Below are positions 8,979-18,052 of a stretch of DNA of 52,432 nt, one piece after another. The stretch is from NCBI GenBank assembly GCA_038240295.1, contig JBBSDW010000004.1, forward strand, positions 1 to 52,432. The letters run 5' to 3'. Position numbers and translations under genes: made by a program. The notes beneath the pieces are model-generated. The model did not search any database and was not told where the DNA came from. It saw only the letters and a list, made by a program, of their open reading frames with translations. The DNA comes from Candidatus Kapaibacterium sp. Its GTDB lineage: Bacteria > Bacteroidota > Ignavibacteria > Palsa-1295. The number at the start of each line of letters is the position of its first letter. Position 1 is the stretch's first letter.

Positions 8979-9691
8979 GATTCGGCAAGCTTGAGACTCT
9001 TCGAGTCGCTCCCACTGGAACCATCTTGCCATTGTTCTATGTTTTATATATTGTCAACCAGATTCCGTGACTCGATCGTATACGGCAAGGTTTTTCCTCT
9101 TATTAAAATCCTCCAGCGCCATCCATCGCATCAACTCTGAAGGCCTGCAAATGAGTTAGGGACAACCAATTATGGCGAGGAGTGGTGTGTACTATGGGCC
9201 AAGTGGAGAAGTATGGCTTCCTTTTGCCAACAAAATGATGCTAAATGAGCCCGCAGGCATCCAATCGCTTGCAGAAGCGCCGAAATGTTAGTAATTTCCC
9301 CATTCTTATATCGGGTTGAGTCAGTACTTTCAGAAAAATCTTTACGCAACCGATCTCCTTACTTCAAGTTATTGCGCCAGAATTGAGATCCAGGTCAAAT
9401 CTGCGTTTGCATTGTTGGCAGGGAGGTAAGCGCGTTTCGCTGCCTCGCAATTTCTCTGAACTTCGGAGGCAGAATAAAAGTCGTTCACCCTTTTGAACGA
9501 AAATGTTCGGTGTGCGTTGCATAAGGAAGAGTGTCTCTCACTCTCTAAGAAAGATCTGCTATCTTAGCCACTTCGTTTTGTGTCGGTGTACGTCGCCGAC
9601 GCGCCGTGGGACCCTTGTTGTGGAGGGTTTTCAAGGCAAAGTAAGAGTTGTTCGCATGTTGTAAATCTATCAGATTCTTCGTAAGCTCCGT

Positions 9692-12331
9692 ATGAAACTT
9701 CTTCGAATGTTCCGTGCGCTCGTTGCTACTGCTATGCTCATCACGCTCGGCTCCGTTGCCGTCAATGAGCAGGCCGAAGCGTGGGTGGGAATGCCGCAGC
9801 TTCAAGCCGGCTCGCATTTTTCGCTTTCATCCGTCACAGCCTTTCACTTCTACACGCCACCGCCGCCCGTCGATACAAGTAAGAAAAGCGGCTATCGAAA
9901 TCTTGTCGTAAAAAATCTTGGACCGATCGTCAATACCGAGAAATACGACTTTGCGCCGACGATCACTGCCGATGGCCGGACAATGTATTTCGTTTCACGA
10001 CGTTCCGATGGCGGCGCGTTGGGCGGTGACGATTTCTGGGTTACGCATAGCGAGGACGGTAACGATACAGTCTGGGGACCACCCACGAATGTTTCACAGA
10101 TCAACAGTCCAAGTGGAGACGGTGCAGCCTCGATCGCTGCCGATGGCCAAACCATCTATTTCGCTTCTGATAGGAATACGACGGTCAAAGGTGACATGAA
10201 TCTTTGGTCAGCAACCTTAGATGGCATTAACTGGAAAAACGTAAAAGAAGTAGGACCTCCCGTTAACACCACCTATTTCGAATCGCAGCCTTCCATCAGC
10301 CCGGACGGCAAACGATTGTTCTTTGCATCCAACCGCCCTCCGAATTTCCCAGGAGATCCGAGCGGTAAGATCGCGGAAGACACCAAAAATCCAAACCTTG
10401 ATATTTTTGTCTCACATCAGCTGGCCGATGGCCGTTGGGGCGATCCGTTCAACCTTGGCCATACGATCAACACAGCCGAATATGACGGCTCGCCATTCAT
10501 CGCAACCGACGGCGCTACGTTATACTTCGCGTCGAAGGGTCACGGATCCTTTGGCGGACTCGATATTTTTCGAAGTGAATGGAAAGGCCCTTCTGATACG
10601 GATTGGACCGCGCCGGAGCAACTTCCTGCGCCGATCAATACGAAGTTCAACGACATGTTCCTGACCATTCCAGCGTCCGGTAATGTGCTCTTCTTTACTT
10701 CGGATCGCGATGGTGGTTCGGGTGGACTTGATATCTACGTAGCGACCAACCCGCCTCCGCCGAAAAATACGCTCGTGCTTCGCGGCACCTGCTATGACGT
10801 GAATTCGAAGGAGAAGCTTGGTGCGCATGTCGTCATTCGCGACGAGCAGACTGGCGATACCGTCTATAATAAAGTAGCCAACAGTGCGACCGGCGAATTC
10901 TTAGCCGTGCTTTCGAGTAATGCCAAAGGTGAGCTGGGTGGAAGCTTCCTTGTCACCGCAACCGAGGCAAATCACTTCCCCTATCCCCCGACGGCTGTAC
11001 GCATTCCGATGCGCTCCGATACATCCCGTATCATTACGCATGATATCCCGATGAATAACGAGGAGCCGCCGATCGTTAAGTGGGTGACGAAAACACCCGA
11101 GATCATGAAGAAATATCCCGATAAATTTCCGAAGGATTTCAAGGGTGTGATCATCAAGGAACAGGCAACGATCGAGCTCTTCACGCTGCTGCCGATGATC
11201 TTCTTCGATCAGGCAACAGGATCGATGCCTGGCCGGTACGTTCTCTATCACACCCCGGCCGAAACGCAGGGCTTTAGCGAGGACACCTTGAGCGCGACGC
11301 TCAACGCGTACTATAATTACCTGAACATCATCGGACTTCGCATGCGCAACACGCCTGCTGCCGTGATCACGCTTACAGGATGCAATTCGCAGGACGCCGC
11401 AAACGAGAAATCGCTCGATCTTTCGCGCCAGCGTGCCGAGTCGGTTAAGAAATACCTGGTCGATATCTGGGGAATCCAGCCGAATCGTATTTCGGTCGAA
11501 GCGCGAAATCTTCCTGAGAATCCTACGCTTCCGACATCACCTGAAGGCATCGCTGAAAATCGCCGCGTCGAACTTGCCTGCGATTCGTGGGAGATCATTC
11601 ATCCGGTACTTCACAAGCAAAATGTCAAGGTGCCCGATTTCCGCAACGTGAAATTTCACATGGTCAACGGCTTGCGCGAAGATATCATCAAAAAACGCGA
11701 ACTCGTGATCAGCTATATGGGCAAGCCTTATGCGACGCTCACCGATCTTGGAAAGCTTTCCGCAACCGAGTCGCCAGATTGGAACTGGCGCACCGGCGAA
11801 GGCTCGAGTTTCGGAGTCGGCAAATTGCCTGAAGGAGAGGACAAGATGACCGTACAGATGCGCCTTACCGACAAGAGCGGACGCGAAGTGCTTTCGAATG
11901 TCGATGAAGTTTCGGTTAAGCAGTTCTCGCAGACGCAGGTCGTTGCAGAGCATCTCGCCGATAAAACCGTCGAGACGTACAACCTCATTCTCTTCAAGTA
12001 TAATACCGCAGACATGGGTAAGTGGAATCACAAGATCCTCGATACCTACGTCTACGAGCGCATCCAGCCGAATTCGGACGTAGCAGTAAATGGCTTTACC
12101 GATATTCTCGGTACCGACGATTATAACGACCGGCTGTCGGCGAACCGTGCGAACGCGGTCCGTGCAGACATCGCGCAGCATCGTTCGAAGTCGGCTACGC
12201 TCATCGCGAAGGGATATGGCAAAAAGGGGTTGCCTGGCACCGGACCGCTCTATCCGAACAGCTTGCCGGAAGGCCGATACTACAATCGTACAGTTCAGGT
12301 GCTGGTCGGGACTCCGATCAACAACCCTTAA
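9692..12331 (+). CDS. PD40 (WD40-like) repeat / OmpA-family protein, PorE-like, with two OmpA-like domains
   Basis: Signal peptide; five PD40 repeats (e.g. PTITADGRTMYFVS, PSISPDGKRLFFASNR, PFIATDGATLYFAS); carboxypeptidase-regulatory-like Ig segment; OmpA motifs LSRQRAESVKKYL...ENRRVE and GFTD..G...YNDRLSANRA...NRTV. Confidence 0.88.
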   Translation: MKLLRMFRALVATAMLITLGSVAVNEQAEAWVGMPQLQAGSHFSLSSVTAFHFYTPPPPVDTSKKSGYRNLVVKNLGPIVNTEKYDFAPTITADGRTMYFVSRRSDGGALGGDDFWVTHSEDGNDTVWGPPTNVSQINSPSGDGAASIAADGQTIYFASDRNTTVKGDMNLWSATLDGINWKNVKEVGPPVNTTYFESQPSISPDGKRLFFASNRPPNFPGDPSGKIAEDTKNPNLDIFVSHQLADGRWGDPFNLGHTINTAEYDGSPFIATDGATLYFASKGHGSFGGLDIFRSEWKGPSDTDWTAPEQLPAPINTKFNDMFLTIPASGNVLFFTSDRDGGSGGLDIYVATNPPPPKNTLVLRGTCYDVNSKEKLGAHVVIRDEQTGDTVYNKVANSATGEFLAVLSSNAKGELGGSFLVTATEANHFPYPPTAVRIPMRSDTSRIITHDIPMNNEEPPIVKWVTKTPEIMKKYPDKFPKDFKGVIIKEQATIELFTLLPMIFFDQATGSMPGRYVLYHTPAETQGFSEDTLSATLNAYYNYLNIIGLRMRNTPAAVITLTGCNSQDAANEKSLDLSRQRAESVKKYLVDIWGIQPNRISVEARNLPENPTLPTSPEGIAENRRVELACDSWEIIHPVLHKQNVKVPDFRNVKFHMVNGLREDIIKKRELVISYMGKPYATLTDLGKLSATESPDWNWRTGEGSSFGVGKLPEGEDKMTVQMRLTDKSGREVLSNVDEVSVKQFSQTQVVAEHLADKTVETYNLILFKYNTADMGKWNHKILDTYVYERIQPNSDVAVNGFTDILGTDDYNDRLSANRANAVRADIAQHRSKSATLIAKGYGKKGLPGTGPLYPNSLPEGRYYNRTVQVLVGTPINNP

Positions 12332-12337
12332 ACGAAT

Positions 12338-12375
12338 TTTGTCTGGCAGCGAAGATTTTCTTTGCTGCCAGCAAA
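12338..12375 (+). terminator. Stem-loop after the OmpA gene (terminator or stabilising hairpin)
   Basis: ctggcagcgaag (12343-12354) pairs with ctttgctgccag (12360-12371); there is no strong downstream U-tract. Confidence 0.6.
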
Positions 12376-12781
12376 GAAATTGTAACGACGCCCGTTTGGA
12401 CGTGTTATCATACTTGGAGAGATGAACTTCCGGGCTTTGGTCGTGTGTGTGTCGCCGCCGAAGCATCGAAAATTCGGTCTCGTGTAATGTCGGTGATGAG
12501 TTGGCTCCAAACAGCCACATTTAACGTGTTTTGGAACTGATTGCCGAGTGAGGTGCTTGTTTATAGCTAGTAGGAGTTGTTGCGCTGAGCTCTCCGGCCA
12601 TCGCACGAACGCTTCAAAGCATGGCTGACCTGTTGGCTTTGCAAAGAATCTCGTTCCAGAAAATATTCAGAAGTTGTTGTAGGACTTATTCAGCCTTTCA
12701 TTCTTGATATGAGGGCGAGTTCGGTGAGGAATCCTTGCCGAGAACTGTGTTGACGATCACATCCCAATTCCTTATTTAGCG

Positions 12782-15700
12782 ATGGAGACAGGACCGAAGG
12801 TTACACTTCAATCACGCAATACGAGCCAGCGCACCCCGCTTGCACGTGTTGCTTTTTCCGCATTTCTGCTGGTGCTCGTCGTGCTTGCCGGATTTAATTC
12901 CGGACTGCAGGGCCAGTCGAGGATCAAGCACGTCGTCGGTATGAAGGCAAAAGGCTTTGCGCCGGTCTTCGGTCGTGACCTTTGGTTTACGATGGCCCAG
13001 AACTATGATGCTGGTGGGTCGAATGGCAAGTATTACATGCTCTATGTAACATCGCCTAATTCGACCACTGTGAACATTCAGATCACCGGTTCTTCGGCGC
13101 AAAAGTTTGCGATTCAGGCGTTGAAGGTTGTCGCCTTCAGAGTGCCGCTTGCATGGGAAGTAACAAGCAGCGGTGTGGTCGAGAATAAGGGAATTCGCGT
13201 ATGGTCGGATAATGCCGATCTTACTGCCTACCTGCTCTCTCGCAACCCTGCAACTTCCGACGGCATGTTGATCATCCCGAACATCGGCTGGGGTAAGGAT
13301 TACGTCGTTGCCGGTTATACGTCGCTGTTCGAACTTAGCTTCGATTATCCCTCGGAATTTTGCGTAGTCGCAAATCAGGATAATACGAGTATGCAGGTTA
13401 CACCGTCGTGGGACATTCGCGCAAGCCACATGGCGAATACCGTGCTGCATGCGCGACATATTCCTTTCGGAGAGTTTATGAACAAAGGTCAGTGCGTCCA
13501 GTACCAACTCACACAGGCTGGAAATCCCGACGATTGGGATGTGACAGGTTCGCTTGTCAACGGCTCCGTGCCGGTTGGAGTCGTTGGTGCTTCACAGTGT
13601 CCGAACATTCCGCCCGATTATCCATATTGCGATCACATTTGCGATATGATCCCGCCCATCAGAACGTGGGCTCAGACCTATTATACCGCCCCCTTCGCTC
13701 AGCGCCGTGGTGGTGATAGCTATCTCGTCATCGCAAGCGCCGATGGGCAGACAATTTTTAGGCAGGATAATACAGGAGTTCATCCTTTCGCCCAGATTGG
13801 TAAGTATGCGTCATTCCGCGCACCCGATATCACGGTTGCACAAAAATGGTTTAGCGATCAACCGTTCCTGCTCGTTCAGTATATCAACAGTACGACATGG
13901 CCGGATCTTACCGGCGCCCTCAACGGCGGCATCGGTGATCCCGCCATGGTCGTCATCAATTCTGTTGAGCAGTTCACACCAAAGATTGTTTTCCAGACTC
14001 CGACCATCCTCGGCGGACAAAATTCGTTTACGAACTTTGTCAACATCATCATCCCGACCGCGCACGAAAAACAGACGTTCTACGACAACGTTGGAATTGC
14101 GAGTGCTACGTCGGGCTCAAAGATCATGATCGACAACCAGTATGAAGCTTGGCGCTTTGTCAATCAACGTCCCGGAACCCATACCATCGTGTCCGATACG
14201 GGAATTGGTTGCTATATCTATGGATACGGATCGTATGATTCCTATGCGTGGTCGGGCGCTTTTGGTTCGAGGACGTTCAACGACCCTGATACCATTCCGC
14301 CGGTTGTCGATACAATGGGCATGTGCTTCTGCGCCCACGTCACGACGAAGGATGTTGGCTTGAACGCTTCGAAGCTGTCTTCCTATACCCTCGACAGCCT
14401 CTATAACATGAACTACTATCCCGATCCTGACTTCGTAGCGGGATCGAGCCGAGACAGTTCATTCTACGACATGTGTGTGATCGATAGCACGAAGCCCGGA
14501 TATCTTCACGTATCGATCTACGATATGGCAGGTAACGCAACGACCGTGCAAAGCACCTACATCCCGCAAACCGCTATTATCTTACCCCCAGTCCAGAACT
14601 TTGGAACGGGGATTTCCGGGCAGACGAACTATGCTTACGATACGATCGTCAACACGGGCAATACCAACTTTGCACTATCGATCGTCAGACTGCTGAATGG
14701 TAAGCGTGGCTTTACCATCGACGGCAGCAACGATCTTTCGCCACTTAAGCCAGGCGAGCGTAGACTCATCAAGCTTGACTTCTCGCCGATCCAGCCGCAG
14801 ACGCTTACCGATACGATCCAGTTCGGGGACGCATGCGTTCAGGAACAGGCGATCCTTATTGGTAACGGCGGCGCACCCGATTTCACCCCTACCGGTGTCG
14901 ACTTCGGCTGTATCCTCGTTGGCGATAGTACGAACAATACGAAAGTGACCGTAACCAACCCTTCGCCGATCTCTTTAATGATCGACAGTATCTGGGTAGA
15001 TGATCCAGCACACTTCCGCTATTTGGGTACGCTGCCGATCAGCCTGCCTGGCAAATCGCAGTCAATAGTGAACTTGAAGTTCGGATTTAAGCCATCGGCT
15101 ATCAATCCTCGATATGTGACCGCTGTGCACTTCAGCGATTCAAAAGATGGCCTGGTTCGTACCGATACCTTATACGGTTGCGGTATTGAACCGTCGGCGA
15201 TCTTCTATTCCGATAGCGTTTCGACCATTGACTGCTCCGGTACTGCAACCTATGGGTACACGCTCGAGAGCCATTCGAACCCAAGCGCTCCAACGACCAT
15301 CTCGAAGGTGACACATACGAATGCAAGCGGCTTCTTCAGTGCACCAACGACGGTCGATCAGAATGGAAGTGGCGTCACGATCCCGCATCAGATTTCGAGC
15401 CGCGATTCAAAGCTGTATGTCGTGGAAAGCTTCACTGCTCCTGCGAAGACATCGGGTACGTTTGTCGATTCGATCTATGCCTATGATGCGACGGGTGCTC
15501 CGATCCAGCAGAACGGTAAAGACTTCGTAACGGCTACTGCTGTCGTTCACTATCGTGATTTCGCGTTAGATAAGAACAACCTTGACTTTGGTACACTTCC
15601 ATTTGGTGGTGCCAAGTCAACGCTGCCTTACACGATCTGCAACACCGCAACAGAAGATGTTACGGTGACCGCGATCGTACCGGTCGGTACATACCAGGAC

Positions 15701-16996
15701 GCGTTCGCAGTTGCTGCGGGTGTGCTGCCTCACACGCTAAAGGCCGGCGAGTGTTTGACGGTGAATGTCACATTCGATCCATCTTTGCATGCGGTCGATT
15801 CGCAATATTTCACAATGCGTGTCGAAACCGATGGCTGCAATCCGCAGACGACCCTTGGCGGTGGCGGCAAGGTGAAGTTCGGTGTTAGTTCGGCAACAGG
15901 TTTTGCTGACTCATCTATCTTCGCTTGTTCGAACCTCGCTGATAGCCTTATCGTAACGAATTCGAATGCTCCGGGTATCTGGGATACAGTAGTAAGTGTC
16001 ACCTCGTCATCACCGAACTTCGTTGCAACAGGGGCGCTGCCAGTATTCTTGAATGGTGCTACGAAAATCAGCCTGCCGGTCGTCTTTACGCCGACCCCAA
16101 CGGGTGGTGTGACGAATTATAGCTCGACCTTCACGATCACCATCCACGATTCACAGGGCCGCGATACGGTGCTATTAGCTACCGCGACGTCGGGGGCCGT
16201 CGGAATGAATGCGACGATCTCTTCGATCTTCGCTTCGCGTACAGGGAAGGCGGGAGACGTTGTGACCTTGCCTATCGCTTTGGCCGTAGTTAAGAACGGA
16301 TTGCTCTCGCCGCTTTCGAGCGCTGGCATCAATGGTATCAAGCTCGTCTATCACTATGATCAGGATGCGCTCGATATCGCCAATGGCGACATCGCTGCTG
16401 CGATTTCGAATGCCTATACCGACTGGAAGGTCGATAAGGTAAATTCGTCGCTCGATCCGAAGACGGGGGCGCTCACCATCTATCTGGGCGGCGCGACTGC
16501 GCTCGCCGATGGCGTCTCGACGCTCGGCAACGTCAATTTCAAGGTAATGCTCAATAAGCTCGGTGAACAGCGCTTTGCTGTCTCGCTCGACTCTGCGATC
16601 TTCCTTGTCAATGGCGTTGAAGCGACAAGCTGCGTTGCTTCTGCAACGAAGAGCGGTGACTTCGGTCTCGTCTTCGCCTGCGGAGATACGACGATCTATA
16701 ATAACCTGATCGGAAACAAATTCGCAGGCTTCGCTGAGCCGGCGCATCCGAATCCGGTCTCTGGCGCAAATCACATTGTGACATTCGGGTATGTCACTCG
16801 CGTCGAAGCGCCGATCTCGCTCATGGTCTATGATGTGCTCGGCAACGAGGTAGCTCGTGTCGTCAACAACATCGTCCATGCACCGGGCCGCTACGAAGTA
16901 TCCTTCGATGTCAGCCACCTTGCAAGCGGTACGTATACGTACCATCTTGTTGGCCCGTCGTTCCAGGGTAGTCAGACGTTCGTAGTCTCGAAATAA
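12782..16996 (+). CDS. Large T9SS cargo protein: IgGFc-binding N-terminal domain, Ig-like (choice-of-anchor D/ASH-like) repeats, cohesin-like domain, type A CTD
   Basis: GRDLWFT, TSDGMLIIP..GWGKDY, DHICDMIPP..TW, DPAM, YIYGYGSYDSYAW (IgGFc_binding); repeated DFG/NFG...N.G Ig modules; C-terminal HPNP...VYDVLGNEV...LASGTYTY...FVVSK. Confidence 0.85.
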   Translation: METGPKVTLQSRNTSQRTPLARVAFSAFLLVLVVLAGFNSGLQGQSRIKHVVGMKAKGFAPVFGRDLWFTMAQNYDAGGSNGKYYMLYVTSPNSTTVNIQITGSSAQKFAIQALKVVAFRVPLAWEVTSSGVVENKGIRVWSDNADLTAYLLSRNPATSDGMLIIPNIGWGKDYVVAGYTSLFELSFDYPSEFCVVANQDNTSMQVTPSWDIRASHMANTVLHARHIPFGEFMNKGQCVQYQLTQAGNPDDWDVTGSLVNGSVPVGVVGASQCPNIPPDYPYCDHICDMIPPIRTWAQTYYTAPFAQRRGGDSYLVIASADGQTIFRQDNTGVHPFAQIGKYASFRAPDITVAQKWFSDQPFLLVQYINSTTWPDLTGALNGGIGDPAMVVINSVEQFTPKIVFQTPTILGGQNSFTNFVNIIIPTAHEKQTFYDNVGIASATSGSKIMIDNQYEAWRFVNQRPGTHTIVSDTGIGCYIYGYGSYDSYAWSGAFGSRTFNDPDTIPPVVDTMGMCFCAHVTTKDVGLNASKLSSYTLDSLYNMNYYPDPDFVAGSSRDSSFYDMCVIDSTKPGYLHVSIYDMAGNATTVQSTYIPQTAIILPPVQNFGTGISGQTNYAYDTIVNTGNTNFALSIVRLLNGKRGFTIDGSNDLSPLKPGERRLIKLDFSPIQPQTLTDTIQFGDACVQEQAILIGNGGAPDFTPTGVDFGCILVGDSTNNTKVTVTNPSPISLMIDSIWVDDPAHFRYLGTLPISLPGKSQSIVNLKFGFKPSAINPRYVTAVHFSDSKDGLVRTDTLYGCGIEPSAIFYSDSVSTIDCSGTATYGYTLESHSNPSAPTTISKVTHTNASGFFSAPTTVDQNGSGVTIPHQISSRDSKLYVVESFTAPAKTSGTFVDSIYAYDATGAPIQQNGKDFVTATAVVHYRDFALDKNNLDFGTLPFGGAKSTLPYTICNTATEDVTVTAIVPVGTYQDAFAVAAGVLPHTLKAGECLTVNVTFDPSLHAVDSQYFTMRVETDGCNPQTTLGGGGKVKFGVSSATGFADSSIFACSNLADSLIVTNSNAPGIWDTVVSVTSSSPNFVATGALPVFLNGATKISLPVVFTPTPTGGVTNYSSTFTITIHDSQGRDTVLLATATSGAVGMNATISSIFASRTGKAGDVVTLPIALAVVKNGLLSPLSSAGINGIKLVYHYDQDALDIANGDIAAAISNAYTDWKVDKVNSSLDPKTGALTIYLGGATALADGVSTLGNVNFKVMLNKLGEQRFAVSLDSAIFLVNGVEATSCVASATKSGDFGLVFACGDTTIYNNLIGNKFAGFAEPAHPNPVSGANHIVTFGYVTRVEAPISLMVYDVLGNEVARVVNNIVHAPGRYEVSFDVSHLASGTYTYHLVGPSFQGSQTFVVSK

Positions 16997-17006
16997 AAGT
17001 ACCGTG

Positions 17007-17042
17007 GTGGATGCGCACGTTCATTGGTGCGCATCCGCTTCT
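17007..17042 (+). terminator. Intergenic stem-loop
   Basis: gtggatgcgcac (17007-17018) pairs with gtgcgcatccgc (17027-17038). Confidence 0.65.
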
Positions 17043-17086
17043 TGAGTTGTAATTAACGTGTGTGTGTTCTCAATCTGATTTCGATC

Positions 17087-17896
17087 ATGCGTATTAAAGT
17101 TGTTTTCGCAGTTGCAGCCATTTTCGCGCTTTTGAGCACCGGTAAGGTGTTCGCACAGGGCGATATCGGTGGCGGAGTTCTCGGTCCACAGTCGGAATCG
17201 GGATTCCTCATCGGACCTGTCGGCGGTATCAATCTCATCGCCTATAATTCAAATGCATTCCCGATCATTAATTCCGAGCCGACCTGTTTCACGGCACAGA
17301 ATGGATCGGGCGTTGCACCCTGGGGTGGACTGACCGCGGAATTCCCGCTCGGCTCGCTCATGCATAATTTTATCGTGGCAGAAGTGCTCTACGATTCACG
17401 CTCCGCCGCATTCACGGCAGATAACGGATCGATCGCGACACGCCCGACAAAATTGAACGGCGTCGAAGCTGACGGCACAGTTACGACAAAGCTCACAGCT
17501 GATCTTAGCTATTTGCTGATGAACGTTGCCTTCAAGTATAATTTTACCGAGGGACCTGCTCCCGTTGGTCCTGGCCTTCAGGTCGGACCTTCTGTCGGGA
17601 TCAAGCTTGCAACACGCTTGAATAAGACCGTGACGGTAACGGCTTCGAGCGGCAATTCAAGTGCGCCGACTGCAAGCCAGACGGTTACCGAGACGGATAA
17701 CCTGACGAATGCCTCCGCGATCCGCATCGGACTTCGGGCGCAGTTCACCTACGACATTCCGTTCAGCCAGTCATGGATCGCAACCCCGACGGTTGGATAC
17801 GATTTCCCATTCACGAAGGTGGATGCCGATCGTTCATGGCGCGCACAGGGCGCTTACGGCGGCCTCGCCCTCCGTTATTTCTGGAAGTTATTCTAA
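17087..17896 (+). CDS. Small outer-membrane beta-barrel protein (PorT/OMP_b-brl-like)
   Basis: Signal peptide ending VFA-Q; GPVGGIN, WGGLTAEF, LSYLLMN..FKY, GPSVG strands; aromatic C-terminus. Confidence 0.7.
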   Translation: MRIKVVFAVAAIFALLSTGKVFAQGDIGGGVLGPQSESGFLIGPVGGINLIAYNSNAFPIINSEPTCFTAQNGSGVAPWGGLTAEFPLGSLMHNFIVAEVLYDSRSAAFTADNGSIATRPTKLNGVEADGTVTTKLTADLSYLLMNVAFKYNFTEGPAPVGPGLQVGPSVGIKLATRLNKTVTVTASSGNSSAPTASQTVTETDNLTNASAIRIGLRAQFTYDIPFSQSWIATPTVGYDFPFTKVDADRSWRAQGAYGGLALRYFWKLF

Positions 17897-17948
17897 GTCG
17901 ACAACTCTGCCCGGCTTCCGATCTTGGATGCCGGGCGGTACGTTGATC

Positions 17949-17979
17949 CTTCTTCTTCTTTTTCTTCTTCTTCTTCTTC
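17949..17979. repeat. Imperfect (TTC)n microsatellite following a GC-rich hairpin (17909-17937)
   Basis: cttcttcttctttttcttcttcttcttcttc, directly after gcccggc...gccgggc. Confidence 0.85.
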
Positions 17980-18052
17980 GATCCGGTCTACGTTCGTCCC
18001 AAAAGCATTTAAGCCAAATATTCAAGCTGTGAGATTCGATACCGATAAGATT

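Noticed and set aside
8800-9140. Small ORFs 8800..9024 (-) and 8955..9140 (+)
   Set aside because: No motifs, atypical composition, and they overlap a terminator and stem-loops; a non-coding role is more plausible.
17924-18052. Ser-rich N-terminal extension of the second cargo protein
   Set aside because: It arises from the TTC microsatellite and a TTG inside a hairpin; ATG 18053 yields a proper signal peptide.
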